A DNA stretch of 63,824 nucleotides, counting the filler, from Octopus bimaculoides (lineage: Eukaryota): assembly GCF_001194135.2 (NCBI RefSeq). It is 6 parts of 6 records of this genome, joined end to end, with 100 filler letters (N's around TTAATTAATTAA, not from the genome) between each part and the next. Parts side by side here need not be neighbours in the genome. Positions count along the whole stretch, not along the records: positions 1 to 11,986 come from NC_068992.1; 5 more parts are not named here. One strand, given 5' to 3'. The position numbers and the translations under genes were made by a program. The notes beneath the pieces are model-generated. The model searched no databases and was not told where the DNA came from. It saw only the letters and a list, made by a program, of their open reading frames with translations. Shown in pieces: positions 1-12,042 of the stretch (within the stretch, counting starts at the first letter, position 1; the number at the start of each line of letters is the position of its first letter).

Positions 1-77
1 ATACATACATACATATATATATATACATATACATGCATACATATATATGAGTTCATGAACCTTGGTTCTTTTCCCTA

Positions 78-116
<39 letters not shown>

Positions 117-640
117 ATATATATATTCACACAGCCCACATAAGTACATACACGGGGGGGGGGAGAAAGGCAGTTTGAAAACGAAAGGGAAGAAGATAGA
201 TAGACAGAGCAACAGATACGTGCATGCACATATATAATACGCATCGATACGGACGTTCATGTAAATACGTATAATTCCATACATGTACATTTACGTGCAC
301 ACATGTGTACGCTTAAGCATATGCGCACAACATAACATACATACAGCTATGTATGCGTGCATTCATATTGACATACTCAACGTACATTCTCACATATACA
401 CATAGACAGATATACGCCATCCATACATATATGCATGCATAAATACACAACATACATACCAAGCAATCATGCACACAACATATATGCATAATATACGTGC
501 ATGCATACACAATATACATATATCCATACACTAGATATATAAGTTTAAATACGCACCATGCACATATATAAAACATACATGCATGCATACTTAACGCACA
601 CACATACATGTATACATTCACAACATACATACGCACATGT
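1..640. repeat. Degenerate (TA)n/(CATA)n/(CA)n low-complexity tract
   Basis: Direct: runs of atat/acat/cata. The overlapping Y/I/V/C/M-rich ORFs are repeat translations. Confidence 0.9.
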
Positions 641-649
641 ACAGATCAG

Positions 650-1050
650 TAGGAGTTCTGCAGAATCTAAATGCTGTATTCAGAGCTGTTTCGTCGTATC
701 ATGTCTGGTTCCGTTAACCTCTACCTATCACTGAGGTACTTCAGACACAGTTGCCTTCTGTGCTATTTTCCAGTCTTCTTGCTATATTATTATCATCGCA
801 GATTCTGTTAGTAGTTTTCTATATTGGTTTTCATCAATTGTTCGTCAAATATGTGGTTAGTTTTCGCTACGCTAGCGGTGATTCGCTAATCTTTTCTTTG
901 CTTTCTTTTGCTACTCAGTGTATCCGTTTAGATAAGTTAATCCATTGTCTAAGTAAGCACGTCAATAAGGTGTTCACAGCTGGATATAATTGTATATATA
1001 GCCTCAATCGCATCCATCAAGTGCATAGACACATTTCGACATAATTATTA
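650..1050 (-). mobile_element. Highly decayed RTE-type LINE 3' fragment (RT C-terminal region)
   Basis: Minus-strand frames with stops give MRLRLYI, DVLT.TMD, SKRK and EDWKIAQ, loosely matching the RTE pattern MRCLRRIL...EVL...RRL...WE..A.DR. Confidence 0.4.
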
Positions 1051-1284
1051 GTGTATATTCTTACCCGTCAGCTATTTCGACTCCAAACGAAAGATATGCC
1101 AAGCCCATGCGAGAGAGCTCTACCTGGCTGCTTCTCTTTCTAGAAACAACAGCCAAATCACTCTCAAAATCACACTTTCAATGGATACATTTGGACATAA
1201 CTATATAATACACACATGTATGTATATATATGTACATGTGTGTGTATGTATAAATCTATGTGTTCGTGTATTTGTGTATGTGCT

Positions 1285-1460
1285 ATGCCTATCCCCACCA
1301 TCGCTTGAGAACCGATGTTGGTTTGTTTACGTATTAGTAAGTTAACAGTGCGATACAACAGATCGATAGAATAAGCACTGTGCTGAAAAAAATCACTCGG
1401 GTCTTTTGAAGACCGTGCTCCAGCATGGCCACAGTTCATTGGCTGAAACAAATAAAGATG
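1285..1460 (+). mobile_element. SINE family B, 3' half
   Basis: ccaccatcgcttga..accgatgttgg...gctccagcatggcc.cagt...ctgaaacaa matches the 3' part of the copies at 28336 and 43020. Confidence 0.8.
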
Positions 1461-1740
1461 TAAATCAACATATATGATCGCTGGTTTAAAACCGACACCG
1501 GTAGGATTTGAACTTAAGACATAATGGAGCGAAACGGGAGATTCAGGTAAGAAGACCTGATTATTAAGTACACTTTGTAGCTAAGTGGATTCAGGTTCAA
1601 TCATAGGCAGGTACCTTAAGTAATTGTTGTCTACGATAGATTCGAGTGGGTTGATTCGTCATTACTGAAATATGTGCGTCTGTATGCGCATGTGCGTGTG
1701 GTTACCAGCATTTGTATTTGTTTGTGTTTGTATATGTATG

Positions 1741-1771
<31 letters not shown>

Positions 1772-1889
1772 NNNNNNNNNNNNNNNNNNNNNNNNNNNNN
1801 NNNNNNNNNNNNNNNNNNNNNNNNNNNNNNNNNNNNNNNNNNNNNNNNNNNNNNNNNNNNNCATGTGTGTGTGAGTATGTGTGTGTGTG

Positions 1890-1961
<72 letters not shown>

Positions 1962-2729
1962 TGTGTTTGCGATTATGTATCTATATATTCCCACCAGTGA
2001 AAACATTATTTAGCAAAAGAGCTGTCAAAAACATGTTTGCAGAGAAAGGTTTTCAATAAATTTTGGGTCTCTTAATTTTCTATTAATTGTTTCATTTCAC
2101 TATTTTTATCCCACGTTTTACCTTCTGCCTTGTTTTTCTTCCCCACTTTTTTTTCTAGATTTGTTCTTCCATTTTTTCTTCTTCATTCACTTCCCATATA
2201 ATTTGGGTATTTACTTAGAAGAAATCTGCTTAGTAAATCTAGCACACACACATAGAAATATACGCATATACACATATATACATATGCATACTCTCACTCG
2301 CATAAAAACATACATTTCTGTACGCACATAATTGTAACGATATACATACATACTCATACATATATATGTAAGCATGTTTATGCATTCATACACGTAGAAT
2401 GAAAGAAAGATAGATATATCGTGTTTCAGTTTCAGTAAAATATATACATATTTCATATAATGCATGCATATATTGAGCGATTTCCTTGTTTCTTACCTCA
2501 AATGTTTAATTACCTAAATATTTCATAATATTTAAAAGAATGGAATATCCTTCATTCGTTAGTAATTTCATCAAAATGCAATTAGTATATATTTAAATAA
2601 ATGCCGAAATTATACACGTTAGTATATATGTACATTAACCTGTATTCTTGATAACCTATTCCCCATACCCTGGTATGAACATATTGAAACACAAGCATTC
2701 GTGTTCTTCTAAACATTATGAAGTACTAT

Positions 2730-3100
2730 TTATCCTGATTTATTTTGTACTTCGCTTGTTTGCAAATGATTGCAATACAAATGGAAAATGTATTCGTTAA
2801 TGAACGAAAACATGGCCGCCAATGCTGTCGTCTGCTTATCCACTGACAACTCACTTTCAAGATGAACAAGTTCTGGTGCAAGCAAGCATAAAAGAAATGC
2901 AATTGGAAATTTTAAGTTATGCATGAGTAAACTTCTGTTACGAAATAATAAAGCCCTGGTTTGGTTTCTCACGTGGGGTTTCTGATTAGTTATTAAGAAA
3001 ATTTTGTATGTGGAAGGGAAGCGGGAACACAGTAGATCGTTAACGTTCGGCGATACGTGTTGAAGTGTTCGATAAACAGGGTGTGGTTGAGAGCAGCATA
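2730..3100 (-). mobile_element. Possible decayed Penelope-like RT fragment
   Basis: KPHVRNQTRALLF...LLAPELVHLESELSVDKQTTALAAMF weakly resembles the Penelope IPH..GL.AL...LAELVL..N.F...Q..G.AMG region. Confidence 0.3.
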
Positions 3101-3181
3101 AGGAGAAAAAAACATGAATAAACAGAGGCAGAGAGATGAAGGAAAAGAACGAAAGGTCGAGAATGAAAAAGGAAAGGAAAG

Positions 3182-3270
3182 GAGAGAACAAGAGTTAGCG
3201 GAGAAAAATGGGGAAAGGCGAGAACAAGAGTTAGCGGAGAAAAATGGGGAAAGGCGAGAACAAGAGTTAG
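3182..3270 (+). repeat. 36-bp tandem repeat, ~2.5 copies
   Basis: Unit gagaacaagagttagcggagaaaaatggggaaaggc; it explains the RREQELAEKNGE repeat in ORF 3114..3365. Confidence 0.9.
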
Positions 3271-3599
3271 CTAGCTTTGCAAATCGATCAGAAGACATTA
3301 TTAGGACTAGATTAAAGATAAGGCAAACAGGTTTATCATTAAATGAGAAAAATAGTTTGTTCTGAGAAGATGGTGCTGTTCAGTTTGTATCATTAATCTA
3401 AAAATAATATACTTAAATCTGCTTCGGAAAGTATGTTACGTTTGACTAAGTTTTAGATTCGTGTCTTCCATTAATTCCCAATTGTCTCCTCTTTCCTTCC
3501 AATAACATCGTTGCTGACTTGATTATTTATATCATCATCACTACCACCACCAACAACACCACTACCATCTCTCCTCACCATCTATCATCATCATCGTCA

Positions 3600-4300
<701 letters not shown>

Positions 4301-4849
4301 CTACATATGCAACTATATGCATGAGAATACATACATAAAGCAAAACATACAAATCTGCACATACATAAATGCATACATACATACATACATACATACATAC
4401 ATACGTACATACATACATACATACAAAAATACCCTGTTGTTGATGTTGAAATTCCAATGAAGGAGTCTTGGATCTAGGTTAGCGACTGGCTGTTTTTCTA
4501 TTGGCAAGAAATCTTGATATAAAACTGAACAATGACATACATACAAGTATAAAAGACTAAGCTAATATTACTTGTAGTTTCGAAAACGCTCACAAGTTGG
4601 TTGAATTCATTTCCATCCAATAAGACTTTTACAACTGGGATCTCCGAACTTTGTGAACAAAAGCAGAAAACGTTCCATCAGCTGATATTTAATCCATTGT
4701 ATTGCTATTAAATAATTCTTTGAAAAAAAAAAGAATTAGAAACAAATAATGAAGATGAATTAGTTTTGAGTTTTATGATAGAATCCATTGTTACTGTTAG
4801 CGTCCATTTTTATTTAGTGTTGAACTGTTATCTTCCTCGTCGTTACCGT

Positions 4850-6240
4850 CATCTACTGCTTTGTTTGTGATTTATTTTGGACACGAATGTTTGCTAGTTT
4901 TATGCTTCCTTTTTATCTATTTTCTTTGTTTATTTCCTTGTTTATTCCGTTCAGGCTAAATTTAATTTCTGTTGTGTATGGTGCAGGACTGTTGTCGTTT
5001 GGTTTGTATCAGTTTCATTTCTATAAATGTTTCTATTTTTTTATGTTGCAAGTGTTTGCAGTTTTTCTGCAGCTGATTGCAAGGAGTATTGGATTCTTCA
5101 AGCTTTAAATTTTGGCAGAAATGGTTGTACTGGGACTTTGGAAGATCTAAATCTAATTTTGCCTGATTTATAATTGTGATGGTGTTACTATAAAAAGCGT
5201 GAAGTGGGATAAGTAGCATAGAGTATCAAACAATACATGACGCTGAAGAAGTATTGTACATGTTGTTGCTGGCACTCCGTCGCTTACGACGACGAGGGTT
5301 CCAGTTGATCCGATCAACGGAACAGCCTGCTCGTGAAATTAACTTGCAAGTGGCTGAGCACTCCACAGACACGTGTACCCTTAACGTAGTTCTCGGGGTT
5401 ATTCAGCGTGACACAGAGTGTGACAAGGCTGACCCTTTGAATTACAGGCACAACAGAAACAGGAAGTAAGAGTGAGAGAAAGTTGTGGTGGAAGAGTACA
5501 GCAGGGTTCGCCACCATCCCCTGCCGGAGCCTCGTGGAGCTTTTAGGTGTTTTCGCTCAATAAACACTCACAACGCCCGGTCTGGGAATCGAAACCACGA
5601 TCCTATGACCGCGAGTCCGCTGCCCTAGCCACTGGGCCATTGCGCCTCCACAGTATTGTACATAACTAGTTAACATATCACTTAGTGTTGGTTGTTTAGA
5701 TGTAAAGTAAGGTTACTTTTGATGGCTTTTGTACCACTTCTTGTGTTATCTGTATTGCTTTAGCTGCAGGATGTGTTTTGTGCATTGAAATACCCACCAC
5801 CAATGACGGTATTTAAGAATATATTAAGGTGTTCTGAAGTGATGGTTTGTAATATCGCTCGTGATATGTATATATTTATTATATTAATGCGTTTCGCTTT
5901 GTTGACATGCATTAAAATACTTGCATTTCTAGTGCACTTTGCAGTACTAGTGATCAAGTGCTGTGCATGTTATCAATGCGTTGTATATTTGACTTTGTGC
6001 CTGCTATGATACCTTCACCATAGCTTGGCCTGTTTTGTATTTGGAGTACCGTGTTCTAATTAATACTGCATGATACATTGTTTCGAGTATCATGTAATAT
6101 CAATAATCAGTTTTGAGATGTTGGTGTTATATTGCAACGCACAGAGATTTTGTGTTGTGTTTATGCGGCGTTCATTTGTTACTCTGGTTGTTGCCCTGTA
6201 GTTTGAATGCCCTGTATTTTGCATGCGTCATATTTTATGC
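4850..6240 (-). mobile_element. Decayed APE-endonuclease LINE fragment (I/Jockey-like), split by a SINE insertion
   Basis: RINIINIYIS...IGGGYFNAQNTS corresponds to the APE motifs 'I.NIYIPP' and 'IGGDFNAHH'. LINE-like sequence resumes below the SINE (HPTSRF/IPLHAF..TITIINQAK...QYNHF). Confidence 0.6.
5262..5651 (-). mobile_element. SINE family C (tRNA-like head), full length with 12-bp TSD
   Basis: Minus-strand head ggaggcgcaatggcccagtggctagggcagcggactcgcggtcataggatcgtggtttcgattccc has A/B-box-like motifs. Identical flanks AGTATTGTACAT at 5250-5261 and 5652-5663. Confidence 0.9.
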
Positions 6241-6361
6241 GCTGTTGAGACGTGGACCTGGAAACTAAAGTTATTGGCGAGACATTTACTTTTCGTTACG
6301 TATTGTGATTCTTCAGATTAATTTTTGGTACGAAATGTTATGCATTTGTATGTCTATGCGT

Positions 6362-6433
<72 letters not shown>

Positions 6434-6712
6434 AGCTTACTATTCCAAAGCTTTCATTTGTTTCGTCACTTTTTAAATAATGTTGCCAATCGAATTCTCA
6501 TTCGACAGTTGTATCAGCAATCGTCACACTGGCTTGTTTTCCGAAATATTATTTCCAGGTCAACCTTATGCAGTGAATCAATTCATTTATAGAATGTTTA
6601 GGGTGACCCTCGAGGGAGATTTCTCTTACGTTTTTAACAAATTATGTAACTACGAAGAGGCTGCCTCATCGACTGGAGCGCTGAGAATTGAATCACTTCG
6701 TTACCGACTTAC

Positions 6713-6859
6713 CGACAAAGCATAATGTTGGCAATCAGTAGCGAAACCTCATCGTCTCGGTTGTTTGTCTGCTCGAGTGTCTGCCATCTTGTAAATGAAT
6801 TAACTTTATTCGGGAATCGAAATGTCGTCGCAATGTCGAATGGACGATAGCTTTCAGTT
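6713..6859 (-). other. Candidate exon (unassigned), 147 nt, one open frame
   Basis: Acceptor ttaaatatttcccag|, donor CG|gtaagt; frame TESYRPFDIATTFRFPNKVNSFTRWQTLEQTNNRDDEVSLLIANIMLCR; CpG-rich unique sequence; no recognised homology. Confidence 0.3.
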
Positions 6860-7539
6860 CTGGGAAATATTTAACAAGTATTGCAACAATTTAGTGCTAT
6901 GTTGACACAATAAATCCGCAGTAGAGAAAATTATTGTAGTTTATTATTGATTCTCGGCCGACAATTACAAGAGAATGAATTATCGATGAGCTAGAGACAT
7001 ATTTCATCGCAAGAAAACATTAACTTATCACTTTAACAATTTCTCATCACCTTTATGATGGTTATTCGAAACTATGTAACATTAGAAATTGCCAACTACT
7101 TTAAAATATATTACTGCTGTGTATTTTCTATTACCATATTGATATAGAATGACACGAGTGGTGTATATCATGATGTAGGTTTACAGTTAAGTACAGAGAG
7201 TGTTATTTAAGATTCTAAAAGCTCTGGTGCAAGGTAAAAGTTGTTTCAGTAAAATCAAAACATTTATTGCAAAGTAAAAGACAGAATTTATTATAGGCAA
7301 AACCAATAAGCATCGGTGACCAGAGTCGATGAAAAGCCGCGACATCGTATTCCTTATACATGCAATTGCTGAAAAGGGAATTGGTGCATTTTACCAATAT
7401 CAAATCTTTAAATTAAATTTCCACTTTGTCTCTGTTCTCGGGGGCCTTAAACGTCAATATTGACTGAATTAACCAGCGATATCAGACTCGTGTCACTGGA
7501 AGAGCCTTTCTCTTTGCAATAAGATCTATACATATAACT

Positions 7540-7752
7540 TCAATAATGTTTTCAAATTTTGGCATAAGACCAGCAATTTCGATATATACGACGGGCTTCT
7601 TTCAGTTTCCGTGTACCAAATCCACTCGCAAGGCTTTGGTCGGCCCGAGACTATAGTAGAAAACACTTGCCCAAGCAGTGAGACTGAACCCGGAACCATG
7701 TGGCTGGTAAACAAGCTACTTACCACACAGCCACTCCTGCGCCTATACCTAG
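7540..7752 (-). mobile_element. SINE family B 5' half joined to a family A-type tail
   Basis: Reverse complement reads ggcgcaggagtggctgtgtggtaagtagcttg...gggcaagtg...gaaactgaaagaagcccgtcgtatatatc followed by aaattgctggtcttatgccaaaatttgaaa. Confidence 0.8.
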
Positions 7753-7789
7753 TATATGGAAAAATGAAAAATAGAATTTAGAAAAATAA

Positions 7790-7996
7790 ATATATAAAGA
7801 AATAAATAGAAAGTTCAAAAGTGATGCAGTCAACATGGTGTAATTCGGGGAAAAGACCCACTCTGCCGTCTCCAAGGTATTCGAATTTTCTTCTGTAGGT
7901 TTCCTTCCTCCAACGCAGAAAATTATACTCAGAATACTTCCATTCAGCCTCAGCAGTCTTGCCATTCTCTCCCACTTTTCGATAAACACACGCTAA
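7790..7996 (-). mobile_element. Tx1/L1-like LINE extreme 3' end (ORF2 C-terminus + 3' UTR)
   Basis: FIEKWERMARLLRLNGSILS resembles the C-terminus I recall for octopus Tx1-like ORF2 (..FVKRWVNVARMARMNGT.LS). Confidence 0.5.
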
Positions 7997-9095
7997 AATA
8001 AACAATAATATTAATAATAACGATAACAAAACGGAGGAGGAGGAGCTGGTGAAAGTGATGATGACGGCGATGTATTTGTAGTGTATTATCTCTGAAACGA
8101 CCACTTATCTCCTTTTGTTGCCTGCTCTAGAGACAACTTCCTAATTAAACACTAGAGGCAATTCTCTGTCTACTCTGGCCCCATCCTGCCCTGCCCTGCA
8201 TCGCTCTACGCTGCCCTGCGCCGCCGCTCCGCTCAGGTACTGGGTCTTTGTATTAATTTCGTATTTCGTTCAAATAAAGTGAACGCGTCTTTCAAGCAAT
8301 GACCTAACGTCAAAACAGCTTTATGTCTGATGCAATGCCACAAGAGCAATTTACTACATCTTCAATCTGACTTGCGCTATTGATCGACAAAGACAATTTC
8401 ATCTCCTCTTTTCACCATTACAGAGCATGGCGAAACGTAAAAAAAAAGAGAAAGAAAGAAAGAAAACAGAGGCAAAAATGGAGGAAAATAAAAAGAACGA
8501 TTTTTAAACCATAAACCTGTATATTGTTATGCCTACAAGCTATGTGGTGTTTTGTTCTTTAAAGTAAATTCTGAAAAATAAAGAACTACTTATTGTTTTA
8601 AATTCTAAGCCATCTACTTAATTACTCGCCATTTGTCAATCTTCTTCCCTTCCTATGCTCGGGGCAATGTCGAAAATACGAAGCGATAAATTTCGGCTAG
8701 ATAACACCCAAGAATATTGATTCCCAAGTAATATTAGCCAGAGTAATCTTCTAAAAAAATATACATTGTGGCCTTTAAATCCGTTGTTTGTGAACACGTG
8801 AGGTATGATATTTTCTTTTTTGTTGACTATTTCACTCTATAAGTAATTATTTTCGATTTAGCTATTATTTCTTTTAGCTGCATAATTGCATTTAGATTTT
8901 TCTGTATCTTTAGGTTTTATCCTTTGGTTACCATTAAAGACATGGTTAAATTTTCAGCTCAATTTGTTTTAAACGTCAGATCGCTTTTTCGAGTCCCATC
9001 CTAGAACCAAAATCGAACACTGCCTTATTTGAGATCGATGCAATTTATGAGAACGAAAAATACACGGTGTCCGTGATACTTCTTTCTTGAAATAT

Positions 9096-9312
9096 TCTTT
9101 TCTACTCTAGGCACAAGGCCCGAAATGTTGGGGAGAGGGCCAGTCGATTAGATCGACCCCAGTGTGCTACTGGTACTTAATTTATCGACTCCGAAAGGAT
9201 GAAAGGCAAAGTCGACCTCGGCAGAATTTGAACTCAGAACGTAAAGGCAGACGAAATACCGCTAATCATTTCGCCCCGACATGCTAACGTTTCTACTCGC
9301 TCGCCGCCTTTA
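9096..9312 (-). mobile_element. SINE family A
   Basis: Reverse complement: gagcgagtagaaacgttagcatg...ttctgagttcaaattctgccgaggtcgactttgcctttcatcctttcggagtcgataaattaagtaccag; B-box gagttcaaattc. Confidence 0.9.
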
Positions 9313-9389
9313 AATGTTCTTTTCTACTCTAAGCACAAGGCCCGAATGTTTTTCTACTCACTATATTACGTATGCATTGAACGGTGTTC

Positions 9390-9439
<50 letters not shown>

Positions 9440-10012
9440 TTTCACTTAGTTGCTTATCTCTACGTCATTTCCTGTTACTGCACCTACTTCCTTTATTTTC
9501 ACATCACTATAATTGTGTCTTCACCAATGTATTAACTTCCACCAAAACCATCAACCATTCTAAAACATTGTCTTTAATGTCTGTATTTACTTCTAAAGAC
9601 TAAAAACCATCATAGAAAACTCATTTCTAGCTACATTTTCGATTAATTCTCACCTCTTAATATTGTTTAACTTTTTAACATTAATCATATTTATCCTGCA
9701 GTCATCTGAACTGAAAAGACCTCGATTGGTTTCGGGCAACGTCTTTTAACCTTGAGATAAATTATAAGAGAAATATTTTACTTACCTTATCACTTTAGTG
9801 TCATATATTTGTCGACCTAAAATTTCAGGCGTACTTTGTCTATTTCCTTTAATTTACTCGTTCAATCGCTTATGTTTGTGTAATGATGAGAGAGCAAAAT
9901 ATTCGTGAGAAATCTGTTCCTAATTAGAGAGTCGCTACTTCTTCACACAGACGCCAGTTTTGATCGAAGCAAACTAATGATATATGACATTCATGCCGCC
10001 TCTTGAGTTTGC

Positions 10013-10106
<94 letters not shown>

Positions 10107-10112
10107 GCACAC

Positions 10113-10280
10113 ACAGGCGCAGGCGAAGTTATGTTATTAGAAGTTTACTTCCCAACCACATGGTTCCGGGTTCAATCCCACTGCAGAGCACCTTGAGCAA
10201 GTGTCTTATGCTAAAAGTATGGACCGACCAAAGTCATGAGCGGATTTGGTACACGGAAATTAGAAGCCCATCGTATGTAT
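10113..10280 (+). mobile_element. SINE family B 5' half
   Basis: caggcgcagg...aaccacatggttccgggttcaatcccactg...ccttgagcaagtgtctt...gatttggtacacggaaa. Confidence 0.8.
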
Positions 10281-11734
10281 ATATACAAAATACATTTAGA
10301 TACATTTAGACATATCATAGTCAATAGACTCCGGATTCAATTCAAAAGCTCCAAATTCAATTTCATTACATGATATGTTTCACTAGTGTCTTTTATAATA
10401 ACCTCAGATCAACCAATGCTTTTGCAGGTGAAAGGAAACCATGTGTAATCCTGTCAGATAGTTTCTACATGCAATTCGAAGTATTGATCTTGTCGCTTAT
10501 ATCTTGTCACGCTGATTGGTTCTAAGGATTACATTAAAGCAAAAGTTTCTATTTTATTTGCCGTGAGATTAAAGTATGTCGCTGATAATCTTTCATCTCA
10601 GAGCGTTCCCCTTGCGGGCCTCAGCACCTAATAAAGGCGATGGTATTGATCCTGAAGCTCTTGGGGAAGGGAGACTATTTGATGTGGCACACGTTGCTGA
10701 AGTTGCTCAAGGCGACAGGAACTTTTCAGTGTTGCTGTGAATATCTTCGTAGGGTTCGCGAGAAGGGCTACCCACTGTTTCTCATACATACATACATACA
10801 TACATACATACATACATACATACATACATACGCACAGACACACACACACACAATTTCCGTCGGCCGATTTCCACTTACAANNNNNNNNNNNNNNNNNNNN
10901 NNNNNNNNNNNNNNNNNNNNNNNNNNNNNNNNNNNNNNNNNNNNNNNNNNNNNNNNNNNNNNNNNNNNNNNNNNTTAAAAAGTAAATTAAACTTGAAGAA
11001 AATTAAGTTGGAGATCCTTCAACACTATCTCAGAGCTTGTTACTTAATAATTTGATATTAACAGGTTAATTGCGGCTAATTAAATTTAACGTGATAATTT
11101 TATTACCAATCGAGGACGAATGAAGCTTAAAAGAGTCTCTTTCATCAAATGTTTGGCTTTTAGCTATAAATCTTAATCGCAATAAATCTGGACAATATGT
11201 TACGATTTGTTAATTACTGATACGGAAATTTCATATCCCCCCCTCCAACTCCGTCGACGCCCACCTAGATACATAAAACGCTTAATCGACATTGAGTCAT
11301 CACAAAATAGAATATTTCAATTATCATCCAACAGCATCTGTTTCTTATTATTGATTGAAATAACGTCTATAATAATAATGCTTTACCGCTCGTGAGGTGT
11401 GTTCGAGTGTAACGCTTTTTTTTTTAATAAGGTTAACTATGGAACAAAATCGGAGATATAATTGGAATATTAACATAATCGTTTTCGGCTATAGGCACAA
11501 AGCCTAAAGTTTTCGGAGAGGAGGCGAGTCGATTATATCGTCACCAGCACATCACTGGTACTTATTTTATCGATTCCGGAATTAATGAGAAACAATCGAA
11601 GACATAATTTAAATACTCGGTTTCCTCCTTCAGAAAAGGTCTTAAGTGGGGCGGGGCGACAATAGCGAACGTGGCCTGAATTAATGATGATACTCAGATG
11701 CACTTGAAGGTCGACAATATCAACTAACAGAAAG

Positions 11735-11899
11735 TAGTTACCTTCATTAATCAGTTGAGCATGTCCCTTGGTGGCTGACGATATGTGCATCTCTNNNNNN
11801 NNNNTGTACCCTTATCAGACGGGTAGTCATGATGGGTATACTGGGTTTTGTATAATATACCCCAGTGTCCCTTTGATGGCATGCACTGCTCTCTCACTC

Positions 11900-11900
<1 letters not shown>
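11735..11900 (+). mobile_element. Repeat family D (SINE-like), ending in an (AAT)n tail; spans a short gap
   Basis: cagttgagcatgtccc...atgtgcatctct and tacccttatcagacgggtagtcatgatgg...gcatgcactgctctctcactc(aat)n; same sequence at 47180-47655 (-) and 61995-62145 (+). Confidence 0.8.
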
Positions 11901-11959
<59 letters not shown>

Positions 11960-12030
11960 TCCCAAACTACTAAAATTTGAAACCACNNNNNNNNNNNNNN
12001 NNNNNNNNNNNNNNNNNNNNNNNNNNNNNN

Positions 12031-12042
12031 TTAATTAATTAA
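12031..12042. other. Assembly linker TTAATTAATTAA within a 100-nt N spacer (also 23259-23270, 31746-31757, 57231-57242, 59616-59627)
   Basis: The same 12-mer sits between N-runs in five gaps (44 N each side where counted) and places stops in all six frames. Confidence 0.95.

Noticed and set aside
53-636. Long ORFs rich in YI/VC/HT/LS/ER/N/X throughout the ORF track
   Set aside because: Translations of di-, tri- and tetranucleotide microsatellites or N-gaps.
5575-5651. tRNA genes
   Set aside because: The tRNA-like A/B-box heads continue into SINE bodies with TSDs and multiple diverged copies; I see no complete cloverleaf.
7778-8104. ORF VYRKVGENGKTAEAEWKYSEYNFLRWRKETYRRKFEYLGDGR as an Ig-like exon
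   Set aside because: The overlapping frame (FIEKWERMARLLRLNGSILS) fits a Tx1-like LINE C-terminus better, and the upstream part is low complexity.
9788-9818. 31-nt candidate exon ending in aag|gtaagt (minus strand)
   Set aside because: Not frame-preserving and lies in sequence resembling a decayed Penelope terminal repeat.
10600-10780. GC-richer stretch reading SAPNKGDGIDPEALGEGRLFDVAHVAEVAQGDRNF
   Set aside because: Short, with no convincing splice sites or recognisable motif, and next to microsatellite and gap; probably a TE remnant I cannot assign.
12031-12042. Recurrent TTAATTAATTAA motif (five occurrences) as a biological signal
   Set aside because: Always embedded in an N spacer (44N+12+44N where counted); it is a scaffolding linker with stops in six frames.
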